This document shows positions 34,717-46,457 of a DNA stretch of 64,000 bases, one piece after another. Made by a program: the position numbers and the translations under genes. The notes beneath the pieces were generated by a model. That model ran no database searches and was not told where the DNA came from. It saw only the letters and a program-made list of their open reading frames with translations. The DNA is taken from assembly GCF_056746865.1 (NCBI RefSeq), contig NZ_CM163382.1; one strand, 5' to 3'. Each line of letters starts with the position of its first letter. Position 1 is the first letter of the stretch.

Positions 34717-35862
34717 TCACCCCACGTTGCGCATTCCAATCGCCAGTGTCGCGGCGATATTACGTGAAGCACGGTAAATATTGTCATAAGCCCCGCGGAA
34801 TGCTTCGTCCAACGTACCAATACTGGTCAATACGCTGAAGACCGCATCAATGCCATGCTGATGTACAACGCCAACATCATTGGTCAGGCTACCCGCAATG
34901 CCAATCACCGGTTTATGGTACTTTTTCGCCACGTTTGCGACGCCAATCGGAACCTTGCCGTGAATACTCTGGCTGTCAATACGCCCTTCACCGGTGATCA
35001 CCAGTGTACAATCGTGAATATGTTCCTCCAGATTCAGCGCCGTAGTGACGATTTCAATACCACTTTTCAGTTCCGCACCAAGAAACGCCATTAGCGCCGC
35101 GCCCATACCACCCGCAGCTCCTGCGCCGGGGACATCTTTCACATCAACATGCAGCGCTTTTTTAATGACATCGGCATAGTGAGAGAGGTTATTGTCCAGC
35201 TCAACAATCATCGCTTCACTGGCTCCCTTTTGTGGGCCAAAGATGCGCGATGCACCGTTATCGCCCACCAGCGGATTGGTGACATCACAAGCGACGCGAA
35301 TGACGCAATCTTTTAAGCGCGGATCGAGGCCGGAAATATCAATATCATTCAGAGTATTAAGACTACCGCCGCCAAAACCAATTTCATTGCCGTTGGCGTC
35401 GCATAATTTCGCCCCCAGCGCCTGTACCATGCCTGCACCGCCATCATTTGTAGCGCTACCGCCAATGCCGATAATAATGTTTGTCGCGCCGCTCTCCAGC
35501 GCCTGCAGGATTAACTCGCCTGTGCCACGTGAAGTGGTCACGAGTGGATCGCGTTTTTCCGCAGGTACCAGCTCCAGCCCACTGGCCGCCGCCATTTCAA
35601 TAAACGCGGTTTTGCCATCGCCGGAGATCCCCCAACTGGCATTCACCTTCTCGCCCAGCGGCCCTGTAACCCAGGCGTGACGTTCGGAACCCTGGGTGGC
35701 TGCAATCATCGCTTCCACCGTTCCTTCGCCACCGTCGGCAACCGGAACAGAAACGTACTGTGCATCAGGAAAAATTTCCCGAAATCCTTTTTCTATCGCC
35801 TGCGCAACCTCGCTGGCAGATAAACTTTCTTTATAAGAGTCTGGGGCGATTACGATTTTCAT
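34717..35862 (-). CDS. garK: Glycerate 2-kinase GarK
   Basis: ORF track 34717..35943; start at MKIVIAPDSYKESLSA (381 aa); the upstream extension overlaps a REP-like element. Confidence 0.92.
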   Translation of the reverse strand: MKIVIAPDSYKESLSASEVAQAIEKGFREIFPDAQYVSVPVADGGEGTVEAMIAATQGSERHAWVTGPLGEKVNASWGISGDGKTAFIEMAAASGLELVPAEKRDPLVTTSRGTGELILQALESGATNIIIGIGGSATNDGGAGMVQALGAKLCDANGNEIGFGGGSLNTLNDIDISGLDPRLKDCVIRVACDVTNPLVGDNGASRIFGPQKGASEAMIVELDNNLSHYADVIKKALHVDVKDVPGAGAAGGMGAALMAFLGAELKSGIEIVTTALNLEEHIHDCTLVITGEGRIDSQSIHGKVPIGVANVAKKYHKPVIGIAGSLTNDVGVVHQHGIDAVFSVLTSIGTLDEAFRGAYDNIYRASRNIAATLAIGMRNVG

Positions 35863-35883
35863 ACCTATGCCTGTTACCACATG

Positions 35884-35957
35884 ACGCCGGAGGGCGTTTC
35901 TCTTATTCGGCCTGGATTCCAGGCCCGGATTGCAATACGCCATCCGGGCACGACGTC
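35884..35957. repeat. REP-like palindromic elements between garR and garK
   Basis: ggcctggattccaggcc and gcccggattgcaatacgccatccgggc palindromes. Confidence 0.45.
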
Positions 35958-35958
35958 A

Positions 35959-36843
35959 TTAACGAGTAACTTCGACTTTCGCCAGTTTTTCGTAGTAGCA
36001 CGCCAGGGCGCTATGATCTGCCGTTCCTAAACCATCTGCTCGCACTGCCTGCATCATCTCCATAACCGCAGCTGTGAGCGGCAGTTGCGCGCCGACGCCG
36101 TGGGAAGTATCCAGCGCATTTGCCAGATCCTTAATATGCAGATCAATACGGAAGCCCGGCTTGAAGTTGCGGTCCATCACCATCGGCGCTTTGGCATCCA
36201 GCACGGTACTGCCCGCCAGTCCACCGCGAATTGCCTGATACACCAAATCCGGGTTAACGCCCGCTTTGGTTGCCAGCGTTAACGCTTCTGACATCGCGGC
36301 AATATTCAGCGCCACAATGACCTGATTTGCCAGTTTGGTGACGTTACCTGCACCGATTTCCCCGGTATGCACCACGGAACCCGCCATCGCTTTCATCAAA
36401 TCATAGTATTTGTCGAAAATAGCCTTGTCGCCGCCCACCATCACTGACAGCGTACCGTCGATAGCTTTCGGTTCACCGCCGCTCACCGGAGCATCCAGCA
36501 TATCAATGCCTTTCGCTTTCAGCGCTTCGCTGATTTCACGGCTTGCCAGCGGTGCGATAGAACTCATATCGATCAATACCGTACCTGGCTTCGCGCCTTC
36601 AATAATGCCATTCTCACCCAGCGCCACCTCTTTCACATGAGGGGAGTTTGGTAGCATGGTTATGATGACGTCGCACTGTTCAGCGATCGCTTTAGCCGTA
36701 GAGGCTGTTTCTGCACCTGCAGCAATCACGTCAGCAATAGCTTCTGGGTTACGGTCAGCAACCACCAGCGAGTAACCTGCTTTCAGAAGGTTTTTACTCA
36801 TTGGTTTACCCATAATCCCCAGGCCAATAAAACCAACTTTCAT
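35959..36843 (-). CDS. garR: Tartronate semialdehyde reductase GarR (2-hydroxy-3-oxopropionate reductase)
   Basis: ORF track 35959..36858; NAD-binding GFIGLGIMG motif; start at MKVGFIGLG (294 aa), with two further in-frame ATGs upstream. Confidence 0.92.
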   Translation of the reverse strand: MKVGFIGLGIMGKPMSKNLLKAGYSLVVADRNPEAIADVIAAGAETASTAKAIAEQCDVIITMLPNSPHVKEVALGENGIIEGAKPGTVLIDMSSIAPLASREISEALKAKGIDMLDAPVSGGEPKAIDGTLSVMVGGDKAIFDKYYDLMKAMAGSVVHTGEIGAGNVTKLANQVIVALNIAAMSEALTLATKAGVNPDLVYQAIRGGLAGSTVLDAKAPMVMDRNFKPGFRIDLHIKDLANALDTSHGVGAQLPLTAAVMEMMQAVRADGLGTADHSALACYYEKLAKVEVTR

Positions 36844-36878
36844 AGTCATATCAATCATCTCTCTTGTTGCGGTGGTGG

Positions 36879-37649
36879 TTATTTTTTAAAGGTATCAGCC
36901 AGTTTCTGAGTGGCAGAGCGGAAGACGCCGAGATCGCTGCCGACAGCCACAAACGTCGCACCCCATTCCAGATAACGACGCGCATCGGCTTCGACCGGTG
37001 CGAGGATACCGCTGGGTTTGCCGTGCGCACTGGCACGGTTAAAAATATGCTGAATTGCTTTTTGTACATCCGGGTGCGAGGCATTGCCGAGATGGCCTAA
37101 TGCCGCAGCCAGATCGCTGGGGCCGACGAAGATACCGTCTACGCCTTCGGTAGCGGCAATGGCATCGACGTTATCTACGCCCTGCTGACTTTCTATCTGG
37201 ACCAGAATGGTGATGTTCTTGTTCGACTGAGCGAAATAATCCGCCACGGTGCCAAACATATTGGCGCGGTGAGAAACGGAGACGCCGCGAATGCCTTCCG
37301 GTGGGTAACGGGTTGATGCCACCGCCTGCTCTGCTTCCTCTTTTGTTTCTACAAAAGGAATCAGGAAGTTATAGAAACCGATATCCAGAAGACGCTTAAT
37401 AATTACCGGCTCGTTGGTCGGCACTCGCACTACTGGCGCGCTGGCGCTGCCTTTCAGGGCCATTAACTGCGGAATAAACGTGGAGATATCGTTTGGCGCA
37501 TGTTCGCCATCCAGCACCAGCCAGTCAAACCCAGCCAAACCAAGAACTTCAGTGCTAATCGGGTTAGAGAGTGCTGACCAGCAACCAATTTGTACCTGTT
37601 TCGCAGCCAGTGCGGCTTTGAATTTATTCGGGAAAACATCGTTATTCAT
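36879..37649 (-). CDS. garL: 5-keto-4-deoxy-D-glucarate aldolase GarL
   Basis: 256-aa ORF recognised (HpcH/HpaI aldolase family). Confidence 0.93.
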
Positions 37650-37664
37650 CGCTTATACCTTTGC

Positions 37665-38999
37665 TTATTTCTGCAATTCCATACGTTTAATGTCGCCAAC
37701 TACAAAGAGGTAGCAGACCATCGCCATCAGCGCTGAACATCCCACGAAAACCAGTGCTGCATTGAAGGAGTGCAGTTCACTTACCAGATAGCCAATCACC
37801 AGTGGAGTGACAATGGAGGCAACATTGCCAAAGACGTTAAAGACGCCGCCGCAGAGGCCAACAATCTCTTTCGGCGCGGTGTCAGAAATTACCGGCCAGC
37901 CCAGCGCACCAAATCCTTTGCCAAAGAAAGCCAGCGCCATCAGCATGACCACCAGCGTGGTGTTGTTGGTGTAGTTACATAAGATGATGGTGGAAGCCAG
38001 CAACATTCCCAGCACAATCGGTAGCTTACGTGCCAGGGTCAGGGACAAACCGCGTTTGATCAGATAATCCGAGAAGACACCTCCCAGCACGCCGCCCGCA
38101 AAGCCACACAGTGCCGGAATCGAGGCGACCAGACCCACTTTCAGAATCGACATGCCTTTTTCCTGCACCAGATAAATTGGGAACCAGGTGAGGAAAAACC
38201 AGGTGATGGTGTTGATAAAATATTGTCCGAAAAATACGCCCAGCATCATGCGGTTAGAGAGCAATTGCTTGATGTAATGCAGTTTGGGACCGCTTGCTGC
38301 CGCACTGCCCGGCTTTTTATGGTCCATATCGACCACCGCGCCATTTTCTGAGATAAACTTCAGCTCTTCCGCAGACATACGTGGGTGATCTGTCGGGTTA
38401 TGAATCAACTTGATCCACAGCGCCGTCAGCACAAAACCAATTACCCCCATAACGGTAAAGACGTGCTCCCAGCCCCAGGCGAAAGTCAGCCAGCCAAGCA
38501 GCGGCGAAAAGAGCGCCAGCGAGAAATATTGCGCCGAGTTAAAGATGGCGGAGGCAGTACCACGTTCTTTCGTCGGGAACCAGGCGGCGACAATACGGGC
38601 GTTCGCCGGGAATGATGGCGCTTCCGAGAACCCCAGCATAAAGCGCATAAAGAACATGGAGATCCCTGCCCAGGCCAACGGGAACATATCAACAAAGCCT
38701 TGCAGGAAGGTGAACAGCGACCAGAAAAAGAGGCTGTAGGTGTAAACTTTTTTCGAGCCAAACTTATCAAGCAACCAGCCGCCGGGGATTTGCATCAGCA
38801 GGTAGGCCCAGCCAAAAGCGGAGAAGATGTAACCCATCGAAACCGCACTTAACTGCAACTCTTTTGCCACTTCGGTACCAGCAATAGACAGCGTTGCACG
38901 ATCGGCGTAGTTAACGGCGGTAACAATAAAAATAATCAGTAATATTAAATAGCGGGTATGCACGCCTTTCTTTTTTACGTCAACGGTGTCCAGAATCAT
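37665..38999 (-). CDS. garP: Galactarate/glucarate/glycerate transporter GarP (MFS)
   Basis: 444-aa 12-TM ORF recognised; first gene of garPLRK. Confidence 0.93.
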   Translation of the reverse strand: MILDTVDVKKKGVHTRYLILLIIFIVTAVNYADRATLSIAGTEVAKELQLSAVSMGYIFSAFGWAYLLMQIPGGWLLDKFGSKKVYTYSLFFWSLFTFLQGFVDMFPLAWAGISMFFMRFMLGFSEAPSFPANARIVAAWFPTKERGTASAIFNSAQYFSLALFSPLLGWLTFAWGWEHVFTVMGVIGFVLTALWIKLIHNPTDHPRMSAEELKFISENGAVVDMDHKKPGSAAASGPKLHYIKQLLSNRMMLGVFFGQYFINTITWFFLTWFPIYLVQEKGMSILKVGLVASIPALCGFAGGVLGGVFSDYLIKRGLSLTLARKLPIVLGMLLASTIILCNYTNNTTLVVMLMALAFFGKGFGALGWPVISDTAPKEIVGLCGGVFNVFGNVASIVTPLVIGYLVSELHSFNAALVFVGCSALMAMVCYLFVVGDIKRMELQK

Positions 39000-39373
39000 T
39001 TTATTTACCTCGGGTACTTATGCTGATTTTTATTATTATGGGGAAGGTGTTATTTATGAGTTTTATTTATGCCGTTACGGCAATGAACTCGGGAATTAGT
39101 ATAAGCAGCGCGAGAATAATAATCATTGTGCAAATGCTAATTTAATTAATACTATTTAAATATTATTTTGAGCATATGCACATAAGGTTGCGCGCTAAAG
39201 CACAGATTTGCGCTTTACCTTACCGTGCGGCACTGCAATCCCTGAAATGATTGACATTGATCACATTTCTGCGTTTAAACTCCTGACATTCTTATTTCAC
39301 CCAATGAAGTCATTTATTTTTAAATGAGACCAGGTCCTCATTTTAATAACCCCTGGCTGGAGAATATTGCACA

Positions 39374-40945
39374 ATGGCCAACATCGAAATCAGACAAGAA
39401 ACGCCAACTGCGTTTTATATAAAAGTTCACGACACAGATAATGTGGCAATTATTGTTAATGATAATGGCCTGAAAGCAGGAACGCGTTTTCCGGATGGGC
39501 TGGAATTAATTGAACATATTCCCCAGGGGCATAAAGTCGCATTGCTGGACATTCCGGCTAATGGTGAAATTATTCGTTATGGCGAAGTGATTGGTTACGC
39601 CGTGCGCGCAATCCCACGCGGAAGCTGGATCGACGAATCAATGGTTGTACTACCGGAAGCGCCGCCGTTACACACGCTGCCACTGGCAACCAAAGTCCCG
39701 GCCCCCTTACCGCCACTGGAAGGATACACCTTTGAGGGCTATCGCAATGCCGATGGCAGCGTGGGCACCAAAAACCTGCTCGGCATCACCACCAGCGTCC
39801 ACTGTGTGGCAGGCGTGGTGGACTATGTAGTAAAAATCATTGAACGCGATCTGCTACCGAAATACCCGAACGTCGATGGCGTGGTGGGGCTGAATCATTT
39901 GTACGGTTGTGGCGTGGCGATTAACGCACCGGCGGCAGTTGTGCCTATTCGTACCATTCACAATATTTCGCTGAACCCTAACTTTGGCGGCGAAGTAATG
40001 GTGATTGGTCTGGGTTGTGAAAAGTTGCAGCCTGAACGCCTGCTGACTGGAACGGATGATGTGCAAGCTATTCCAGTAGAAAGCGCCAGCATTGTCAGTT
40101 TGCAGGATGAAAAGCATGTCGGTTTTCAGTCCATGGTCGAGGATATTTTGCAGGTCGCCGAACGCCATTTGCACAAACTGAATCAACGGCAGCGAGAAAC
40201 CTGTCCGGCTTCAGAACTGGTTGTCGGCATGCAGTGCGGCGGTAGCGATGCGTTTTCTGGCGTAACGGCAAACCCGGCGGTTGGGTATGCGTCTGATCTA
40301 CTGGTGCGCTGCGGCGCAACGGTGATGTTTTCAGAAGTCACGGAAGTGCGTGACGCGATCCATCTGCTGACACCACGCGCAGTGAACGAAGAGGTCGGCA
40401 AACGGCTGCTGGAGGAGATGGAGTGGTACGATAACTATCTCAATATGGGAAAAACCGACCGCAGCGCCAACCCTTCGCCGGGCAACAAGAAAGGCGGTCT
40501 GGCAAACGTGGTGGAGAAAGCGCTCGGCTCCATTGCTAAATCGGGTAAAAGTGCAATTGTTGAAGTGCTGTCGCCCGGTCAACGCCCGACTAAACGCGGA
40601 TTAATTTACGCCGCGACGCCAGCCAGTGATTTTGTCTGTGGCACACAACAGGTGGCTTCAGGGATTACCGTGCAAGTGTTTACGACCGGTCGCGGTACGC
40701 CGTACGGCCTGATGGCGGTACCCGTCATTAAAATGGCGACCCGCACCGAGCTGGCGAACCGCTGGTTTGATTTAATGGATATTAATGCGGGCACCATCGC
40801 TACCGGCGAAGAAACTATTGAAGAGGTGGGCTGGAAGTTGTTCCACTTTATTCTCGACGTCGCCAGCGGGAAGAAGAAAACCTTCTCAGATCAATGGGGA
40901 CTGCATAACCAGCTGGCGGTGTTTAACCCGGCACCGGTGACCTGA
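39374..40945 (+). CDS. garD: Galactarate dehydratase GarD
   Basis: 523-aa ORF paralogous to UxaA (SAF N-domain plus dehydratase core); divergent from garP across an AT-rich control region. Confidence 0.95.
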   Translation: MANIEIRQETPTAFYIKVHDTDNVAIIVNDNGLKAGTRFPDGLELIEHIPQGHKVALLDIPANGEIIRYGEVIGYAVRAIPRGSWIDESMVVLPEAPPLHTLPLATKVPAPLPPLEGYTFEGYRNADGSVGTKNLLGITTSVHCVAGVVDYVVKIIERDLLPKYPNVDGVVGLNHLYGCGVAINAPAAVVPIRTIHNISLNPNFGGEVMVIGLGCEKLQPERLLTGTDDVQAIPVESASIVSLQDEKHVGFQSMVEDILQVAERHLHKLNQRQRETCPASELVVGMQCGGSDAFSGVTANPAVGYASDLLVRCGATVMFSEVTEVRDAIHLLTPRAVNEEVGKRLLEEMEWYDNYLNMGKTDRSANPSPGNKKGGLANVVEKALGSIAKSGKSAIVEVLSPGQRPTKRGLIYAATPASDFVCGTQQVASGITVQVFTTGRGTPYGLMAVPVIKMATRTELANRWFDLMDINAGTIATGEETIEEVGWKLFHFILDVASGKKKTFSDQWGLHNQLAVFNPAPVT

Positions 40946-40965
40946 TTTCTTTTGGAACGTCCCTC

Positions 40966-40996
40966 GCAAAACATGGCCTTAGTGCCATGTTTTTAT
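40966..40996 (+). terminator. Rho-independent terminator downstream of garD
   Basis: aaaacatggc-cttagt-gccatgtttt hairpin followed by T-rich sequence. Confidence 0.75.
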
Positions 40997-41093
40997 TGTT
41001 TAAAGTCCCCACGTCCATTAATAATGCATTTGCATTACCTTAGTTCAAGCTTATAATTTGAGCAGAAAACAGGCTGTAAAAGGACAGTGAATC

Positions 41094-41429
41094 ATGCCCG
41101 CTAATGCTCGCTCTCACGCTGTACTGACCACTGAATCAAAGGTCACGATACGCGGACAAACAACTATCCCCGCGCCAGTGCGTGAGGCCTTAAAACTGAA
41201 GCCAGGCCAGGACAGCATTCATTACGAAATTCTGCCTGGTGGGCAAGTATTTATGTGCCGACTGGGAGATGAACAGGAGGATCATACTATGAATGCATTT
41301 TTGCGTTTTCTGGATGCAGATATCCAGAACACCCCGCAAAAAACTCGTCCATTCAACATTCAACAAGGAAAGAAACTTGTCGCTGGCATGGACGTCAACA
41401 TTGATGATGAGATTGGCGACGACGAATAA
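41094..41429 (+). CDS. prlF: Type II antitoxin PrlF (SohA), AbrB/SpoVT-like fold
   Basis: 111-aa ORF recognised; stop overlaps the yhaV start by 1 nt. Confidence 0.92.
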   Translation: MPANARSHAVLTTESKVTIRGQTTIPAPVREALKLKPGQDSIHYEILPGGQVFMCRLGDEQEDHTMNAFLRFLDADIQNTPQKTRPFNIQQGKKLVAGMDVNIDDEIGDDE

Positions 41430-41893
41430 TGGATTTTCCACAAAGGGTTAATGGTTGGGCGCTATATGCTCATCCCTGTTTTCAGGAAACCTACGACGCT
41501 TTAGTTGCCGAAGTCGAGACATTAAAGGGAAAAGATCCTGAAAATTATCAGAGAAAAGCCGCCACAAAGTTATTGGCGGTAGTCCATAAAGTGATTGAGG
41601 AGCATATCACGGTCAATCCATCATCACCGGCATTCCGTCATGGCAAGTCGTTAGGCTCTGGGAAAAATAAAGACTGGTCACGGGTAAAATTTGGTGCTGG
41701 TCGTTATCGTCTCTTCTTTCGTTATAGTGAAAAAGAGAAAGTCATCATTCTGGGATGGATGAACGATGAAAACACTCTGCGCACCTACGGTAAAAAAACA
41801 GATGCTTATACCGTATTCAGCAAAATGTTAAAAAGAGGACATCCTCCTGCCGACTGGGAAACCCTCACCCGAGAGGCAGAAGAAACCCATTGA
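41429..41893 (+). CDS. yhaV: Type II toxin YhaV (ribosome-dependent mRNA endonuclease)
   Basis: 154-aa ORF recognised; translationally coupled to prlF. Confidence 0.92.
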   Translation: MDFPQRVNGWALYAHPCFQETYDALVAEVETLKGKDPENYQRKAATKLLAVVHKVIEEHITVNPSSPAFRHGKSLGSGKNKDWSRVKFGAGRYRLFFRYSEKEKVIILGWMNDENTLRTYGKKTDAYTVFSKMLKRGHPPADWETLTREAEETH

Positions 41894-41947
41894 TGGTGTT
41901 CACAATGCCCGCCGAACGCATTCGTGTTGACCAGCGGGCACCCTTTC

Positions 41948-42757
41948 TCACTCCCCGACCAGAATCACTTCAACCCCAGCCTTTCGCAGGCCTTCCAGAC
42001 TATCCGCAGGAATGCCTTCATCAACAATGATCATGTCGATACGTTGAGTATCAATGATCTTATGTAAACTGGAACGATTGAACTTACTGGAATCGGTGAC
42101 CACGATGATCCGTTCCGCAACTTCGCACATCCGGCGGTTTAAACGGGCTTCATCTTCATTATGCGTACTGACGCCGCGCTCCAGATCGATCGCATCTACG
42201 CCAAGAAACAGCATATCGAAGTGGTAATTTTGCAGCGATTGTTCAGCCTGATCGCCGTAAAAAGATTGCGACTGACGGCGCAAATGCCCGCCGGTCATCA
42301 GCAGCTCAACGCCTTCCGCTTCCAGCAACGCATTAGCCACGTTCATACCGTTGGTCATCGCAATTACGTCAGTGTGCTTGCGCATCAGACGAGCAATCTC
42401 AAAAGTGGTGGTCCCGGAATCGAGGATCACCCGATGACCTGGCTGAATCAACTCAACGGCAGCTTTCGCAACGCTGCGTTTCATCGCGGTGTTCAGCGCG
42501 CTTTTATCTTCCACTGATGGCTCGACTGACGGCGTGGTGCTATCGCAGATCAACGCGCCGCCATAGGCACGCACAGCGATCCCCTGCTTTTCCAGAAACG
42601 CCAGATCGTTGCGGATCGTCACAGTAGATACGCCATACAATGCCGACAGATCGTTAACCTGCACACTCCCTTGCTGTCGCAGACGCTGAATGATCTGTTC
42701 TCGTCGCTCGCTGGTGCCTGTCATTCGCTTCTCACCTGAAGCGTCGGTATTACTCAT
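41948..42757 (-). CDS. agaR: DeoR-family repressor AgaR of the aga/kba cluster
   Basis: 269-aa ORF with N-terminal HTH and DeoR C-terminal sugar-phosphate-binding domain. Confidence 0.93.
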   Translation of the reverse strand: MSNTDASGEKRMTGTSERREQIIQRLRQQGSVQVNDLSALYGVSTVTIRNDLAFLEKQGIAVRAYGGALICDSTTPSVEPSVEDKSALNTAMKRSVAKAAVELIQPGHRVILDSGTTTFEIARLMRKHTDVIAMTNGMNVANALLEAEGVELLMTGGHLRRQSQSFYGDQAEQSLQNYHFDMLFLGVDAIDLERGVSTHNEDEARLNRRMCEVAERIIVVTDSSKFNRSSLHKIIDTQRIDMIIVDEGIPADSLEGLRKAGVEVILVGE

Positions 42758-43005
42758 AGTAAGTCCTTTCGTAAAACTTTCGTTTCATTTCGTTTTGCCT
42801 ATTAACGCCTTTCTATTAAGCAAATGCAAGCCCACCTTACCCATTGGCGCAAGCTACTCTCGTTTCAGTGGCTTTCATTATGTTTCTTTTGTGAATCAGA
42901 TCAGAAAACTATTATCTTTCGTTTTATTTTTATCTCACCATGGCGCAGTATCAACTGAAACAAAACGAAAGATTAATATCGCAGTAATCTGAACTGGAGA
43001 GGAAA
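42758..43005. promoter_or_regulatory. agaR / kbaZ divergent control region with repeated CTTTCGTTT-type AgaR operator motifs
   Basis: Several copies of tttcgttt / aaacgaaag (e.g. ctttcgtttcatttcgtttt near 42776, tctttcgttttatt near 42917, caaaacgaaag near 42961). Confidence 0.6.
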
Positions 43006-44286
43006 GTGAAACATCTGACAGAAATGGTGAGACAGCACAAAGCGGGCAAAACAAATGGGATTTATGCCGTTTGTTCCGCACATCCGCTGGTGCTGGAAGC
43101 TGCAATCCGCTACGCCAGTGCAAACCAAACGCCGTTACTGATTGAAGCGACCTCCAATCAGGTGGACCAGTTCGGCGGTTATACCGGAATGACGCCCGCC
43201 GATTTTCGCGGCTTTGTTTGTCAGCTCGCCGACTCGTTGAATTTCCCACAGGATGCGTTGATTCTGGGTGGCGACCATCTGGGTCCAAATCGCTGGCAAA
43301 ACCTGCCTGCCGCTCAGGCAATGGCCAATGCCGATGATTTGATTAAAAGCTACGTGGCGGCAGGATTCAAAAAAATTCACCTTGATTGCAGCATGTCCTG
43401 TCAGGACGATCCGGTTCCCTTAACTGATGACATCGTGGCTGAACGCGCCGCACGTCTGGCGAAAGTGGCGGAAGAAACCTGTCGTGAACACTTTGGCGAA
43501 GCCGATCTGGTGTATGTCATTGGTACCGAAGTACCGGTACCTGGCGGCGCGCATGAAACCTTAAGCGAGCTGGCGGTCACCACGCCGGATGCCGCCCGCG
43601 CCACGCTGGAAGCCCATCGTCACGCCTTTGAAAAGCAAGGTCTGAGTGCCATCTGGCCACGCATCATTGCTCTGGTGGTTCAACCCGGCGTCGAATTCGA
43701 TCACACCAACGTTATTGATTATCAGCCCGTCAAAGCGACCGCCTTAAGCCAGATGGTCGAAAACTACGAAACGCTGATTTTCGAAGCGCACTCTACCGAT
43801 TACCAAACGCCGCAATCGTTGCGCCAGCTAGTGATTGACCACTTTGCCATTCTGAAAGTTGGCCCGGCGCTGACCTTCGCCCTGCGTGAAGCTCTGTTCT
43901 CTCTGGCAGCGATTGAAGAAGAACTGGTGCCAGCAAAAGCCTGTTCTGGTCTGCGTCAGGTGCTGGAAAACGTGATGCTCGACCGCCCGGAATACTGGCA
44001 AAGCCACTACCACGGTGACGGCAACGCGCGTCGTCTGGCGCGTGGTTATAGCTACTCGGATCGCGTGCGCTATTACTGGCCGGACAGCCAGATTGATGAC
44101 GCTTTCGCTCATCTGGTTCGTAATCTGGCGGATTCACCAATTCCGCTACCGCTCATCAGCCAGTATTTGCCGCTGCAATACGTGAAAGTTCGCTCCGGCG
44201 AGCTGCAGCCAACACCACGGGAACTCATTATCAACCATATTCAGGACATCCTGGCGCAGTACCACACAGCCTGTGAAGGCCAATAA
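43006..44286 (+). CDS. kbaZ: Tagatose-bisphosphate aldolase non-catalytic subunit KbaZ
   Basis: 426-aa ORF with GTG start and GGAGAGG RBS; recognised. Confidence 0.92.
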   Translation: MKHLTEMVRQHKAGKTNGIYAVCSAHPLVLEAAIRYASANQTPLLIEATSNQVDQFGGYTGMTPADFRGFVCQLADSLNFPQDALILGGDHLGPNRWQNLPAAQAMANADDLIKSYVAAGFKKIHLDCSMSCQDDPVPLTDDIVAERAARLAKVAEETCREHFGEADLVYVIGTEVPVPGGAHETLSELAVTTPDAARATLEAHRHAFEKQGLSAIWPRIIALVVQPGVEFDHTNVIDYQPVKATALSQMVENYETLIFEAHSTDYQTPQSLRQLVIDHFAILKVGPALTFALREALFSLAAIEEELVPAKACSGLRQVLENVMLDRPEYWQSHYHGDGNARRLARGYSYSDRVRYYWPDSQIDDAFAHLVRNLADSPIPLPLISQYLPLQYVKVRSGELQPTPRELIINHIQDILAQYHTACEGQ

Positions 44287-44308
44287 GCAAAACAAAGAGG
44301 AACACGCT

Positions 44309-44782
44309 ATGCCAAATATTGTTTTAAGCCGGATTGATGAGCGTTTGATTCACGGTCAGGTCGGCGTTCAGTGGGTCGGATTTGCGGGGGCAAATCTGGT
44401 GCTGGTAGCCAACGATGAGGTTGCCGAAGATCCGGTACAACAAAACCTGATGGAAATGGTACTGGCAGAAGGGATCGCCGTACGTTTCTGGACGCTGCAA
44501 AAAGTTATCGACAACATCCACCGCGCCGCCGATCGACAGAAAATCCTGCTGGTTTGTAAAACACCTGCCGATTTCCTGACGCTGGTGAAAGGTGGCGTTC
44601 CGGTGAATCGCATTAACGTTGGCAATATGCACTACGCCAATGGCAAGCAACAAATCGCCAAAACGGTTTCTGTGGATGCGGGCGATATCGCAGCATTTAA
44701 CGACCTGAAAGCCGCTGGGGTGGAATGCTTCGTTCAGGGCGTCCCGACAGAGCCTGCTGTGGACCTCTTTAAATTACTTTGA
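44309..44782 (+). CDS. agaV: PTS N-acetylgalactosamine-specific IIB component AgaV
   Basis: ORF track 44273..44782; start at MPNIVLSRIDERLIHGQ (157 aa); mannose-family IIB with active-site His. Confidence 0.92.
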   Translation: MPNIVLSRIDERLIHGQVGVQWVGFAGANLVLVANDEVAEDPVQQNLMEMVLAEGIAVRFWTLQKVIDNIHRAADRQKILLVCKTPADFLTLVKGGVPVNRINVGNMHYANGKQQIAKTVSVDAGDIAAFNDLKAAGVECFVQGVPTEPAVDLFKLL

Positions 44783-44792
44783 GGGATTCATC

Positions 44793-45572
44793 ATGGAAAT
44801 CAGTCTGTTGCAGGCATTCGCGTTGGGCATTATCGCCTTTATCGCTGGCCTGGATATGTTTAACGGCTTAACCCATATGCACCGCCCGGTGGTCCTCGGC
44901 CCGTTAGTCGGGCTGGTACTTGGCGATCTGCATACCGGTATTTTAACCGGCGGTACGCTGGAACTGGTGTGGATGGGGCTGGCCCCGCTGGCAGGCGCAC
45001 AACCGCCTAACGTGATTATCGGTACTATCGTCGGCACGGCGTTTGCCATTACTACTGGCGTGAAACCCGATGTCGCGGTCGGTGTCGCCGTACCTTTCGC
45101 TGTCGCAGTACAGATGGGGATTACCTTCCTGTTCTCGGTGATGTCTGGCGTAATGTCCCGCTGCGACCGGATGGCGGAGAACGCCGATACTCGCGGCATT
45201 GAACGCGTGAACTATCTGGCACTGCTGGCACTCGGCACTTTCTATTTTCTCTGCGCTTTCCTGCCTATCTACTTCGGCGCGGAACATGCAAAAACCATCA
45301 TTGATGTCCTGCCGCAACGATTAATCGACGGCCTCGGCGTCGCGGGCGGCATCATGCCAGCAATCGGTTTTGCCGTGCTGCTGAAAATCATGATGAAAAA
45401 CGTCTACATCCCCTACTTCATCCTGGGCTTTGTTGCCGCAGCCTGGCTCAAGTTACCGGTGCTGGCTATTGCTGCCGCCGCGCTGGCGATGGCGCTGATC
45501 GACCTGCTGCGTAAATCTCCTGAACCGACTCAACCTGCGGCACAGAAAGAGGAATTTGAAGATGGCATCTAA
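44793..45572 (+). CDS. agaW: PTS N-acetylgalactosamine-specific IIC component AgaW (full length)
   Basis: 259-aa multi-TM ORF, paralogous to AgaC. Confidence 0.9.
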   Translation: MEISLLQAFALGIIAFIAGLDMFNGLTHMHRPVVLGPLVGLVLGDLHTGILTGGTLELVWMGLAPLAGAQPPNVIIGTIVGTAFAITTGVKPDVAVGVAVPFAVAVQMGITFLFSVMSGVMSRCDRMAENADTRGIERVNYLALLALGTFYFLCAFLPIYFGAEHAKTIIDVLPQRLIDGLGVAGGIMPAIGFAVLLKIMMKNVYIPYFILGFVAAAWLKLPVLAIAAAALAMALIDLLRKSPEPTQPAAQKEEFEDGI

Positions 45573-46440
45573 TCAAACCACCCTGCCGAACGTCAGTGAA
45601 AACGAAGAAACACTGCTGACTGGCGTCAATGAAAACGTGTATGAAGATCAGAGCATTGGCGCAGAGCTGACAAAAAAAGATATCAACCGCGTCGCCTGGC
45701 GTTCCATGCTGTTACAAGCGTCTTTTAACTACGAACGTATGCAGGCTTCCGGCTGGTTGTACGGTCTGCTGCCTGCTCTGAAAAAGATCCACACTAATAA
45801 ACGCGACCTGGCGCGCGCCATGAAGGGGCATATGGGTTTCTTCAATACCCATCCGTTTCTGGTGACGTTTGTTATCGGCATTATCCTTGCGATGGAGCGT
45901 TCTAAGCAGGACGTTAACAGTATTCAGAGCACCAAAATTGCCGTCGGTGCGCCGCTCGGCGGGATTGGCGATGCAATGTTCTGGCTGACGCTACTGCCGA
46001 TTTGTGGCGGGATTGGTGCAAGCCTCGCGCTACAAGGCTCTATTCTTGGCGCTGTCGTCTTTATTGTGCTGTTCAACGTGGTACACCTGGGGCTGCGTTT
46101 TGGTCTGGCGCATTATGCTTATCGCATGGGCGTGGCGGCGATTCCACTCATTAAAGCGAATACCAAAAAAGTCGGCCATGCTGCGTCAATCGTTGGGATG
46201 ACGGTAATCGGCGCGCTGGTAGCAACCTATGTTCGTTTAAGCACCACGCTGGAAATCACCGCTGGCGATGCAGTGGTTAAGTTACAGGCTGATGTTATCG
46301 ACAAACTGATGCCTGCCTTCTTACCGCTGGTCTACACCCTGACCATGTTCTGGCTGGTACGCCGCGGCTGGAGTCCGCTGCGCCTGATTGCAGTTACCGT
46401 GGTTCTCGGTATCGTCGGTAAATTCTGTCATTTCCTTTAA
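45556..46440 (+). CDS. agaE: PTS N-acetylgalactosamine-specific IID component AgaE
   Basis: 294-aa ORF, paralogous to AgaD (shared ...SFNYERMQA... motif); start may be 2 codons downstream. Confidence 0.88.
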   Translation: MKMASNQTTLPNVSENEETLLTGVNENVYEDQSIGAELTKKDINRVAWRSMLLQASFNYERMQASGWLYGLLPALKKIHTNKRDLARAMKGHMGFFNTHPFLVTFVIGIILAMERSKQDVNSIQSTKIAVGAPLGGIGDAMFWLTLLPICGGIGASLALQGSILGAVVFIVLFNVVHLGLRFGLAHYAYRMGVAAIPLIKANTKKVGHAASIVGMTVIGALVATYVRLSTTLEITAGDAVVKLQADVIDKLMPAFLPLVYTLTMFWLVRRGWSPLRLIAVTVVLGIVGKFCHFL

Positions 46441-46457
46441 ATACAATGAGGTATTAG

